64,000 nucleotides of DNA from Nemertoderma westbladi (Eukaryota; Animalia; Xenacoelomorpha), in assembly GCA_032718475.1 (NCBI GenBank), contig JAUCBJ010001966.1, forward strand, positions 18,236-82,235. Reading direction: 5' to 3'. The stretch's first letter is position 1; every line of letters starts with the position of its first letter. The notes below the pieces were generated by a model. That model saw nothing but the letters and a program-made list of their open reading frames with translations, did no database searches and was not told the DNA's origin. Positions 51,664-64,000 of the stretch are shown piece by piece. The translations under genes and the position numbers were made by a program.

Positions 51664-51870
51664 GTGTACGCGACCAACAGCAATGACATAACATTCCTGA
51701 ACGGTATTGGCTCCAGTGCAGAAGTACCATGTGGTACAATCACCCAAGGAACACCGCAACTTACTGTGATCAATTGTGTTGGGAAAGTTGGTCGGTACAT
51801 CGTTCTCTTCAATGATAATGACGAAACTCTACATGTTTGCGAAGTCATGGTTTATATCTTTGGTGCTTAA
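51664..51870 (+). CDS. Host gene terminal exon 10: F-type lectin domain 2, C-terminal part
   Basis: ...GRYIVLFNDNDETLHVCEVMVYIFGA*; AATAAA overlaps the stop codon (51869-51874). Confidence 0.9.
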   Translation: MYATNSNDITFLNGIGSSAEVPCGTITQGTPQLTVINCVGKVGRYIVLFNDNDETLHVCEVMVYIFGA

Positions 51871-52062
51871 TAAACAGGTAGGAGGGAGATTAATGATGAT
51901 GGAATTATATTTTCTTGTATCACTTGACTTAACTTTATTCTTTCTAGTGATATGCATTGCAGTAGCGACACTATCACAACATTCACAACATGAATCACAA
52001 CTGTATAAGAAGTATTGCATTACTAAAACACTGCTATATGAATGGGAGAATGTTTTTAGGCT

Positions 52063-55000
52063 TACTACTACTACTACTACTACTAGGATCGGCATGTTGC
52101 ATTGCAGCTGCATTTTTAAGAATGCTGTGCCGGCTAGTCGACAAAATTGCGCCGCCACAACTCCCTATCACCCATGACATTTGCTAGATCATCCGCATCT
52201 TTAAGGCCAGTGTCCTTTAAGATGCGTCTTAAGAAATTCATGGGCTGTCCACCAAGCTTATTCACTTCATGAGGCCGCCAAAGCACAAGATTATGCACTG
52301 GCTGGTCCTCACGGCGAAAGCAATGTCCTGCAAAGCGGAGGCGGCTTTGTTCTAGTGTCAGTCGTGGGGGAACCAATGAGACACCTCCAATGTTATATAG
52401 TGTGTGGTTGTTGATGTGTGCATTGTACTTGACGCAGTGAATCCGGCGTAGTATTCTTGTGAATGTGCCATCCAGAGATTTGGTGTCCTCAGCAGTTAGA
52501 GCGCAGCATGGACTCCCGATAGAGGAGAACTGGATCTACTGCTGCTCTAAATGATCGGACATTAAGTTTCCGATTAATTCTATGTGAATTCCAAATCCTG
52601 GAAAGCCTATATTATTATATTTATGATTAGCCCATATTCGAAGGTACCTGACTTACGGATCCATGATCCCAGGTTAACAGAAGTACATACAGTTATGCTC
52701 AAGCAAACCATCCTTTGAGCTTATGCTCATCCGGTCAGAGACTAATAAATAAAGTTTTTCAGGGACTTTCAAAGTTAACTGTCAAAATTTTGCTATTTTT
52801 GGAGTTAATAAAAAGACCAACACTAGAAGCAGCCTGTTCTAATGAGCCGAGGGGCCGTTGGGCTCCTTCTAGTGATTCTGAGAGTACTCCTAAGTCATCA
52901 GCAAAATCTAGTTCAGTTAGGTACTTGGCGGGATTTCCTCGACTTCTGGAGCCAGTAGGTGGAGTTACCATCACCCCATCATCATTATGTTGATCTAAGG
53001 ACATGCGTAGAACATAGTCAACAACAATTATGAACACGAATGGCGCAAGTGTGTCTCCTTGGAGGGCTCCCCATAACACTTCTAATGGTTCTGTGTCACC
53101 ATCAACAGTAGACACAAATGTTGTCGAACCATCGTATACTGATCTGATTGCTGAAATAATTTCATCAGGAATCCCATACAATGAAAGTATGCTGAACATA
53201 AGTGAGCGAGAGACTGAATCAAAGGCCTTGAAGAAGTCAACAAAGATAACAGCTCTGACTTTCTTTTTTGATAACTCTCAAATTAGTGCCAAAATGGGCT
53301 CCATGGTCCCACGACCTTTACGGAACCCTTTCTAATTTCCACGGAGTAGTCTCTCAATGGGATCCCTGATGCAATTTAATAGAATTATATTGTATAGTTT
53401 TGCACCAATCGAGATCAATGAGATGGGAATAGAGTGTTAGGTTGCCCTTGTTTGGAACTGGCACCAACTTATTTGATCATTTCTTGTGGGACTCTTGTTG
53501 TTGTGTACGTACATGTCTACTATGATGGGATAGATGAGCTTTAAACACTCAGGTACTAAAGACCTCAGGTGGGGCACCATCTACTCCACTGGCACGATTG
53601 GTCTTAATACTCTTTGCAACAGCCTTCACTTCTGCAAAGGAGATATCGCCAATGGGAATATCTGGGAGTACAGACTCAGACACTTTTACTTCTATAAAGT
53701 TATCAGGCAATACCCTTATTGAGGAACTTTTCCAAGTGGGCTTTCCAACCGTTGAAGCGATCGGCTGGTGATTCACCCTTGTCCTTGGTGGTGGTTGGCT
53801 TTTCCGCCCAGTAAGCAAGTTTATCGATTTCCATGCCTGGGATGATTGCCTGCTGTCGTCAGCATCATTGATGGCATCAACCTGTTGGTTTATAATCTCG
53901 TGTAGATTAACAGAGTACTGCCTGTTCAGGGACCTAGATGCAGCCTTAACTGCATTTTTGGCCGCTGTAGTCTGTTTGAGTCGGGACTCTTTCTGCGCCT
54001 TATATAGGTCATTTCAGCACTTCTGAATTTTGTTGTCAGTCCAGGGGGGCCGTTTCCTGTTTCGAGGGTATACAGGAACTGTTTCTGCAGCTGCTAACTT
54101 AACTGCCTCTGTGAAGGCAGTATAGCTCTCGCAGTGATCTGCTGCCCCAGAGACAAGAACCTCATACCTGTTGCTCAGCTGTAGTGTGAATCTGGATCTC
54201 ACACTTGGCTGTTGCAACTGAGACGACCAGTTATGGCAGAGCGGCAAGGCAGATTTCGTTGTTGTTATGCAAGCATGCAGTATAAGACTTACCTTGGCCA
54301 CAATAAGTCTTAATAATAACAATAATATAGCCACAATAAGCTCAATAAGACAATAAGGTTTACAGTCTTGTATTGAGCTCCTGTATTTCCTACGAATCAG
54401 AATATGGTCTGTCTGGGACTTGTGACCACTGGGTCCACTATGAATCCATAGAGTTCTCTTCTTGAGCTGGGTTCCATCCGAAAACAATCTATTTGCAGAG
54501 ATGAAACTCCTGAAGATAGACGGAATTTCGGTTGCGTATTAAATTTCTTATTAAGCCAAGGAATGCCTATCAGTGGTGATCGGGTGACGGGTGATCTTCC
54601 ACAGTACAGGTGGACTGTGGTACTGTGGAAGTCCCACTTCCACAGCCTTCATGTAAACCCTTCCACTCTGTTTTCCAAGTTGCCTTGTTTCCCATTTATC
54701 GACCACTGAAAGCTAGGGTTGGGCTAGGCTGCATCATTTAAGGGGGGGGGGGGGGTACTCAATTTTCGGACAACTCTTCGATTTATCACTCTCAGCGTTT
54801 CAAAATTATTTAGTTTTGGCTATAATTTGGAATATATGTGCCTAAGATGCTATTCTATATTAGTTAACAATTAAAAAACTTGGTTGCGCTTAAAACCCTA
54901 AGGCTTTTACAGTTTTGTATTTAATCACATGAAAGTTTTATGCAGTTTGGCTATGTAGACAACCACAGCAATTTTCAGACTAATTGCTCAAAAATTGTGG

Positions 55001-56410
55001 AAGTAGTAGGGTTTTGAAGTTGACAATTTCATAAATAAAATATTTAGAGATAATCGACCTTTCATTATACATAGTAATAGTAATTTCAATAGGATTCTGT
55101 TACCGCTTTTAGTAAATTATGCTCTTCCAATCTCAATTTCATATATTTTGACTTGTTTTATACCAGTGCAGAGAATCTATGCATGCAGGGCTTCGTGTAA
55201 ACGCTGGTCTGATACAATAAACGGGATTGCGCTAGTGTACCTGTCAACAAGGACCGCTCACTGTATCGATTGCGTCCCCTTTCCTTGTCATGTATTGATT
55301 TGCTCTATAACTTATTTGGTTCGATACGGTATTTGATTATCTATTGTATTTAACTGAAATACTATACCGGGAGGGTGTGACAACAAAGTATAACAAGTAA
55401 ATGTCTGAGTCATTAATTCTGTAAGAACTCAGGTTTGGTGTTTGTGTTTCCCTTTTGGGGAAACATATAGTGACTTGTCTTTATGTATAATTATATGAAT
55501 ATTTCTATCGTAATTAATTTATGACAACTCTCAATCGCGATACAATCAATAGTAAAGGACTTTCTTATATTAATGGTCTGGTATATCGCCATATATTAAT
55601 TATTTAGTAAATCAAAGATAAAACAACACACAAATCTATTACAATTGTCCAGATTACCACTGTTACTTAATTGCAAAGACCCGCCTGTTATGGCGCGTGT
55701 AAAACCTCCTTGATTACGTAATATCGGCGGTATAATCAACGATAAGAGAGCAAATTAAGTTTAACGACAGAACAAATGACAAGTGCAAATAGAATTATTA
55801 TTAACAAGGCATAAGAACATGACATAAAGACATGTAATAAACACCGCTTCTCAGTAATCCGAGCAGCAGTTGAGAAGCCTGCATGAGAAGGTAATTTCTC
55901 AGCAGGGCTCTGATTACAAGTGGGAGAATAGGCTAACCAAACGAATATTATATACTAGGTAAGGCCAATAGAATAATTTGGGCCAATGAGAGATCACTCA
56001 CTCCATTGATATTCTCAAGCTAAACGGATCAGCTCAAATATAGGTATAACAGCACTAGATGGCGTAAGAACCTCCACCAGAGAATATTTGCAAGAAATAA
56101 TTAATATAACACCGCAACTGGTCCTTTATCAATAAAATACAGTTTTGTGGGTAAATTGGTAAAATAAGTAATTTTAAAGGCAGGATTTATAACTGCAGCA
56201 ACAGATTCCCAAAATGGAAATTGTTATAACTTGAAAACTAAAAGAGCTATTAGATAGCGGTTTTCAGATTTGGAAACACCATTCAATGGTGCATTTTAAT
56301 AGATCATAAAAATATTTTCGACCCAAAATGGTGTACCCCCCCCCCCCCCCCCCCCCCCTTAAAGCACTGTGCCCAAACAGAATCCCAGGAATGTCACCAT
56401 AAGACCAAGC
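52063..56410 (-). mobile_element. Degenerate RTE-clade LINE; presumed 5' region interrupted by a TTAA element; 5' boundary uncertain
   Basis: QTDHILIRRKY (APE end), ASGVDG, DFFKAFDS, GALQGDTLAPFVF, DFADD, RLRFAGHCFRR; (TAG)n tail. Confidence 0.85.
54742..56358. mobile_element. Non-autonomous Kolobok-like DNA transposon
   Basis: TTAA on both sides; termini G(n)GTAC ... GTACC(n); purine start unlike piggyBac CCC; no ORF. Confidence 0.65.
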
Positions 56411-56447
56411 TGCTGTATGCAAACAGTACTATGTACATGTACATTAA

Positions 56448-58001
56448 CCCTATTAGTACCGGGCTATAAAATGTTGTACAAATACCGGGAGGGGGTCATA
56501 TTGACCCCCCCCTCTAAAATCTACAAATATTTACGAAAACGTCTGATTTTTTGTTTGTACGTAGGTATCACTTGTCTGGATCCGACCGAAAAAAAAAATT
56601 TTCGAAAAAATGTTCTGGGGTGGTTATATTGCAGCACCAAAATTACAAGTAGTGCACAATTTTCACAAAATTTGAAAGTTACATTTTCGGCTATTTATTT
56701 TTCAAAACGGATTTTCTGGGGTGCAAAATGCATTGGAAAATATTTAAAAATGATATGATTACTATAAATGGCTGTTTAGTCCTCTCTGCGTAGGAAAAAA
56801 ATGAAAAAAACAAGTAACCAGCACTTTTCAGTTAGAACACAAAATTTTTAATTCACTTATACGATGCTATAAATTCACATTTTCAGGTTTTCGAGGACGC
56901 TGATTCTAATGGAATACATTTCTAATATACCAGATCATTGCTACTTGTATTTTTCGGCGTAATTTGGCAAATTTTGGTGCTAGCACCAAATTTCGTACCC
57001 ATCTCCAAAAAGTACAAGTTTGCGATGTCCAGTGCTGTTTTTATTGATTCCATCGGATTCAGGACCCTCATAAACCCGTATAACGCAAGAAACAAGGTGA
57101 TACTATCTACTGATCAATTTGCATATTTTCCAAAATTTGGTGCTGGCACAACAATTTTCACCCACCGGCGAAAAATACAAGTTTGAGAACTCTTATGAAA
57201 TTTTTACTGATTCCATTGAATTCAGAACCATCACAAACCCGTATAACGCAAGAAACAAGGTGACACAATCAATTGATATATTTGATGGTATTCAAAATTT
57301 GGTGCTAGCACCACATTTTGCACCCACATCCGAAAAATACAAGTTTGAGATGTCTAGTTCGATAATTATATATTCCATTGAATTCAGAACAGCCATAAAC
57401 CTCTAAAACGCAAGAAATAAATTGTCACAAGCAATTTTATCTATTGAATGGATTTTCAAAATTTCGTGCTAGCACCAAAATTTGCACACAGCACCGAAAA
57501 ATACGAGTTTGATACGCTTGGTGCAACTCGTATATATTTCATCGAATCCAGAACCCCAAAAAACCCCAATTGCGTAAAAAACAAGTTTCAAACAATCAAT
57601 TTACAAAATTGACATATTTCAAAATTTGGTGCTGGCACCAAAATTTGGCACCCACCGAAAAAAACAAGTTTGAAATTTCTAAATCAATTTATATGAATTC
57701 CATCCAATTTCTAACACCAAAAAACCGGTGTAAATAAAAAATAGAGATGTTACAATTCATATTTAATGAAATGTAATTTTCAAAAAACGTCTCAAAAAAA
57801 GTGCCAAAAGTAGGGTTAAAAAATGGTGCTATAACTCGAAAAGTACCCAATATTTTTGAAAACGGTTTTCACTACTAGGAAGACAATAGATTTTTAGGAA
57901 AAGTCATAAAATTTCAGATTCCCAACTGCGTTTGTTTTAGAATTATAATAAAAAAACCACGGGGGGGGGTCATATTGACCCCCCCCCCGGGTTTAATAGG
58001 G
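56448..58001. mobile_element. Non-autonomous piggyBac element with ~165-bp internal tandem repeats
   Basis: TTAA|CCCTATTA ... TAATAGGG|TTAA; subterminal GGGGGTCATATTGACCCCC palindromes at both ends; repeated TTTGGTGCTAGCACCAAA. Confidence 0.85.
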
Positions 58002-58124
58002 TTAAGTAATACAGTACCTACATACTTGCTAGAAGTCAATATTTTGAACATTTTTATTAATGGAAATAGAATTGCTGTATTTGAGATGTTAATGATGACT
58101 TTCACTAAGGTACTGTACAACTAC

Positions 58125-60170
58125 TATAGCACTATGTACTGTACTAGTGCAATATGTACTGTACTCGTGCAATATGTACTGCGCTAGTGCAATATGTACT
58201 GTACTAGTGCAATATGTACTATACTAGTGCAATATGTACTGCACTAGTGCAATATGTACTGTACTAGTGCAATATGTACTGTACTAGTGCAATATGTACT
58301 GTACTAGTGCAATATGTACTGTACTAGTGCAATATGTACTGTACTAGTGCAATATGTACTGTACTAGTGCAATATGTACTGTACTAGTGCAATATGTACT
58401 GTACTAGTACAATATGTACTGTACTAATGCAATATGTACTGTACAAGTGCAATATGTACTATACTAGGGCAATATGTATTATACTAGTGCAATATGTACT
58501 GCAATAGTGCAATATGTACTGTACTAGTGCAATATGTAATGTACTAGTGCAATATGTACTGTACTAGTGCAATATGTACTGCGCTAGTGCAATATGTACA
58601 GTACTAGTGCAATATGTACTGTACTAGTGCAATATGTACAGTACTAGTGCAATATGTACTGTAATAGTGCAGTATGTACTGTACTAGTGCAATATGTACA
58701 GTACTAGTGCAATATGTACTATACTAGTGCAATATGTACTATACGAGTGCAATATGTACTGCACTAGTGCAATATGTACTGTAGTAGTGCAATATGTACT
58801 GTACTATTGCAATATGTACTATACTAGTGCAATATGTACTATACTAGTGCAATATGTACTGCACTAGTGCAATATGTACTGCACTCGTGCAATATGTACT
58901 GTACTAGTGCAATGTGTACTGCACTAGTGAAATATGTACTGTACTAGTGCAATATGTACAGTACTAGTGCAATATGTACTATACTAGTGCAATATGTACT
59001 ATACTAGTGCAATATGTACTGTACTAGTGCAATATGTACAGCACTAGTGCAATATGTACTGTACTAGTGCACTATGTACTGTAATAGTGCAATATGTACT
59101 GTAATAGTGCAATATGTACAGTACTAGTGCAATATGTACTATACTAGTGCAATATGAACTGTACTAGTGCAATATGTACTGTACTAGTGCAATATGTACT
59201 GTAATAGTGCAATATGTACTGTAATAGTGCAATATGTACAGTACTAGTGCAATATGTACTATACTAGTGCAATATGAACTGTACTAGTGTAATATGTACT
59301 GTACTAGTGCAATATGTACTGTACTAGTGCAATATGTACTGTACTAGTGAAATGTGTAATGTACTAGTGCAATATGTACTGTACTAGTGCAATATCTACT
59401 GTACTAGTGCAATATGTACTGCGCTAGTGCAATATGTACAGAACTAGTGCAATATGTACTGTACTAGTGTAATATGTACTGTACTAGTGCAATATGTACT
59501 ATACTAGTGCAATATGTACTGTACTAGTGCAATATGTACAGTACTAGTGCAATATGTACTTTACTAGTGCAATATGTACTATACTAGTGCAATATGTACT
59601 ATACTAGTGCAATATGTACTGCGCTAGTGCAATATGTACTGTACTAGTGCAATATGTACTGTACTAGTGCAATATGTACAGTACTAGTGCAATATGTACT
59701 ATACTAGTGCAATATGTACTATACTAGTGCAATATGTACTATGCAAGTGCAATATGTACTGCACTAGTGCAATATGTACTGTACTAGTGCAATATGTACT
59801 GTACTAGTGCAATATGTACTACACTAGTGCAATATGTACTATACTAGTGCAATATGTACTGCAATAGTGCAATATGTACTGCACTAGTGCAATATGTACT
59901 ATACTAGTGCAATATGTACTGCGCTAGTGCAATATGTAAGACTGTAATAGTGCAACATGTACTGTACTAGTGCAATATGTACAGTACTAGTGCAATATGT
60001 ACTGCACTCGTGCAATATGTACTGTACTAGTGCAATAGTTACTGTACTAGTGCAATATGTATTGTACTTGTGCACTGTGTACTCTTACTAGTGCAATATG
60101 TAGTGTACTAGTGCACTATGTACTGTAATAGTGCACTATAATATACTGTACTAGTGCACTATGTACTATA
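58125..60170. repeat. 20-bp satellite (GTACTAGTGCAATATGTACT), ~100 units
   Basis: Direct observation; strict 20-bp phase over about 1.8 kb. Confidence 0.97.
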
Positions 60171-60373
60171 ATTGTACAATAGGCCTACTATACTTCTGCA
60201 CTATGTACTGTGTGCCGGTGAACCCAGCAACAGGATCGTACACTTTCCTATTCCAGCCCTATTCTCAAGTCCCATCATAGGCAATGTTGTGCAAACTGAG
60301 CAACTTTGTATTTAAAAAAAAGTAAAGTAAATTTTCTTCGGCCGTTAGACCAGGGATTACGCACAAAGTCTGA

Positions 60374-62866
60374 GAGAGGGCTGTTGCGCTGTCAGTCAGA
60401 GAGGAGAGAGGTAACAGCCGGTGGGGTAAGGATTTACCTCTGGGACCTGTATTAGGCAAAATAGCAGTAGCTGTGTAGGCCCACCAGTACTGTGCACGGT
60501 ACAAGACCCGAAATTTAGCCTACATCTGTAAATAATACATGGTTTCGCGGTACAAGACCATATAAATTAGACCACCATCTGTAAAATGCTCGCTTGAGTT
60601 CAGGAGTTACACAGATGTCAGGGTGTGCTGATTATATATCATGCATTAGGCCTAACGGATTCTGCTGTTCTGGTAGCCTGGAACTAGACCACAACAAAAA
60701 CTGATGCGACAGAGCGAGGTGCCGTAAGCCTAACATTTCTTGGAGGCTGGTCCGATAACACTCAACCTCAACGCATTGTTTAGTTGGACATTGACATTAC
60801 CGGTATTGCATTACAGTGTACATCTGCACATACAGACATAGTATCCTACTGTCCCAAGAACAGAAGAAAGGAAAAGTGGTTACACTGATGAGCACAATGC
60901 ACATGGATGCAGAAGTTTCTCAAACCCGATCGGAAAAAAAAACCGGAGATAATTCTCAAATATAATCGCGAGAAGGGAGGGGTAGATAGCGCCGACAAGT
61001 GTTTAGTCACCTACTCAACTAAACGAATGACAAAGCGGTGGCCGGTTGTTGTATTCTCCAATATGCTAGATATAGCTGCTTACAATGCATTTGTTATATG
61101 GCGTGAGATAAACCCAAAGTGAGATAAACCCAAACTGGAATCAAGGCAAACTCTTTCGACGGCGAATTTTTTGGAACAGCTTGGACAGGAATTAATCTGC
61201 GGACATGTAATCCGGCGAGATATAATGCCACGGGATGAGCACTCCAAAGCAATTGTAAGAGACGTCCAACAAGGCGGTACACCTTCTGATCCAACTTCGA
61301 GGTACGAGGCACAAGTGGGAACTATATCAGAGATCAAGCAGAGGGCCCGCTGCCACATCTGCAGCGGTAATGATAACAAATATAACTTGCAGTGTTGTAT
61401 CTGCGGTAAATTTATGTGTAAATTACATGGTTATATTTTATGTGGTGGTTGCAAATAAATAATAAATATATAATTATCATATTATTATATATAAATACAC
61501 AGTAATATGTTTTTATGAAAATCTAAATAGGCTATAAAAGTTTAAGCCACATATAAGTTTAGTAGATTAGTATAAATTAGCAAAAAATGAATTTTTGGAA
61601 TTTTTTATAAATTCTTAAAAAAAATTTTTTTTTAATTTCCGGAAAACTTTCCAAAATTTCCGAGAAATTTTTCGGAAAATTACTAAAAACACGGAAATTT
61701 CCCGGAGCACCTATAACAAGTATCAAACTAACACCATATATCAGTAATATTATATATTATCATATCATATATTATCATTATCATATCATATTATATATTA
61801 TATCAGTATAATTCATCTGTTAATTATTACAAAAAAAAATCCAACATTATATTAACATTTATATAGTTTTGAATTAAATGTTTCGAAATCAACAGTCATT
61901 CAATGATCTTATACAGCAGTGTCATACTCATATATCGCGTATCCCTTGGCTGCTTGGTTTAATCACTATTCTTTATTCAAGTATAACTGAATCCTGGCCC
62001 ACCGCCTTCACCCTCCACTGATAATTTAAAATCGTAACTCTTTGACTAAATTATACCAAACTTGGTAAACATGTATCTTGTCTATCGGCTAAAATAAACA
62101 CAACTTGCTAAAGTTTCCCCTATAATGCTTTTCCCTATAGAACAGGATGCAGTTTTATTTTAGTAGTAAACAAGCTGTTATTTGCGTCGATTTTCACCTG
62201 GAGAGGGAAGAATATTAATTACCCCCCCCCCCCCCCCCCCCCCCCCCTACCTGCAGTTAAGTGAAAATATTTCGGCACCATTTAATTTTATTATTCCAGG
62301 TTTAATACTGTAATAGACTCCGTTATCCGTCTCGATCGCTTCACTATGCACCATCTTACTGGGTTTAATAAACTCCATCGCCTTCCTGTCGTTCTCTGTT
62401 TTGTAGATTACTTCGCCATCATCTGATCGCTTTGGTTGCGTGTTTAATACTGTAATAGAATCCGTCGCCATCGTATCGTTCTGGATACATTGAATAGACT
62501 CCATTGTCCATCGCGATCGTTTCATTGTTTACGTTTAATTGACTCCGTCGCCTCCTCGGATTAGGAATCCGGCCGGGTTTCGTAGATTCCGCCATCGTTC
62601 AGCAGTTCAGTGTTTTTAATCAAAGCCAGAATTCCGGCAACGGCACCAGGATCAACGATTTCAGAAGTAACAGACTTCGTCAACAACACTCGGGGTTTAA
62701 AAAATACAACTATCGGGCAACTTGTAACTGGGCGATCATCTATCTGATAGTTGAAAAAGACTGTCTGACAGTTGGTATCAGACTATCTGATAGTTAGCGC
62801 CCCATGGGGAAATCCTTACCCCATGGGCTGTTACCTCTCTGACTGACAGCGCAACAGCCCCTATAG
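60374..62866. mobile_element. TIR element (possibly Mutator-like) carrying internal fragments
   Basis: ~70-bp imperfect inverted repeats GGGCTGTTGCGCTGTCAGTCAGAGAGG.../...CCTCTCTGACTGACAGCGCAACAGCCC; flanking direct repeat CAAAGTCTGA (60364-60373, 62867-62876). Confidence 0.65.
60841..61458 (+). pseudogene. piggyBac transposase C-terminal fragment (frameshifted, internal stop)
   Basis: VSYCPK..VTLMSTMH; KKPEIILKYNREKGGVDSADK...TKRWP...DIAAYNAFVIW; RCHIC...CCICGKFMCKLH...CGGC. Confidence 0.9.
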
Positions 62867-63457
62867 CAAAGTCTGACAAAATATTTTCAGCAGTGCGTTC
62901 CCCCCAGAGTTATACATTTCACGTGCTGCACGTAGACCCCACTTCTTGCTATAATAATGTATATTGATTCTAGATTACGCGATGAATGTGATTAAATTGG
63001 ATAATTAATACCCTGGCTGGGTCAATTCGTTTTACTGGGAAGAAAAGTAAAATGCAGGCTACCAAACAGTTTTCCCCTCGGTAAAAACGCTTTCTTCTGA
63101 TTATTTTTTGGTATAATAATTTTAACAGAATAAACGTTTTTAAATGTGTTTTAATAACATTTGTTCATAGATTTCATGTCTTATACTATATTATTTGCAG
63201 AGCGAATATCAAAGATTTCGAACTCTTCCTTATCAAAGAAATTAACTGGAGGAGAGTATATTAACTGACCTTATGTGTAACAACTGTATGTGTAGTATTA
63301 TGGTGAAGGGAATAACATAATTGGGTTTTGGCTGGAAAAGCACTGAAATATCTATAATAATGTCCACAAGTGTTACTGAACAAAACAAACTCAGATTCTA
63401 GAATACTCTTATTACAGTTAATATCGATTACTTCTAGACAAGTTAAAATATTAATAA

Positions 63458-63645
63458 CAATACAATTATGTAAAATACAATTATGTAAAATACGATTATG
63501 TAAAATACAATTATGTAAAATACGATTATGTAAAATACAATTATGTAAAATACGATTATGTAAAATACGATTATGTAAAATACGATTATGTAAAATACGA
63601 TTATGTAAAATACGATTATGTAAAATACGATTATGTATAATACGA
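63458..63645. repeat. 15-bp minisatellite (AAAATACGATTATGT)
   Basis: About 12 tandem units. Confidence 0.95.
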
Positions 63646-64000
63646 CTGATGAGCAAAAAATACACTGGAAATAATACTGTACTATATTATAATATTTCAT
63701 TATTAGAATTGGATGGAGCCATCCTTTCTCTGCACTTTCACTTCCACTGGGCTACCCAAGACAGTTATGCAGCAGCCAGAGAAACCAACTGAACTTAGGA
63801 CAATTGCGACCTGGATAATTGCGACTCAAAATATTTTTCTAAAATCATGGGTCGCAATTGTCCGGGTCTTTCGAATTTCGAACCCAAAAAGCCGTGTATC
63901 TATAGATGAAATATTTCATATTTCAGGCAATTGAATTTCCAAAAATGTCCCCAATATAATGCCAAAAGTAGGCCTCGGGTTCAAAAAAGTTCTTGCTTTT

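Noticed and set aside
63708-63792. HFHFHW resembling the alpha-carbonic anhydrase zinc motif
   Set aside because: Lacks the Q..HWG context and the following EH motif; stop follows shortly; no other exons seen

Overview
AT-rich, transposon-dense animal (probably invertebrate) genomic DNA, not prokaryotic; most listed ORFs are repeat artefacts or TE fragments. One host gene can be assembled by hand on the + strand from 10-11 GT-AG exons (12837-51870) with all splice phases matching. It encodes a ~630-aa secreted mosaic protein: signal peptide, four beta/gamma-crystallin Greek keys, fibronectin type II, Ca-binding EGF and two F-type (fucolectin) lectin domains. The gene has two oddities. The 3' end of the FN2 exon plus its splice donor is amplified into a ~30-copy 44-bp minisatellite. 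A ~490-bp insertion with a split hammerhead-ribozyme core sits inside a lectin exon and could be spliced out in frame as a new intron. Introns and flanks hold nested TEs: CR1-group LINE > Mutator > Merlin, RTEX-like, RTE, CRE, Penelope fragments, Helentron-type elements with arrays of CTCF-like motifs, non-autonomous piggyBac and Kolobok-like elements, a probable LTR, and several satellites. All calls come from reading the sequence by eye; no database searches were run.
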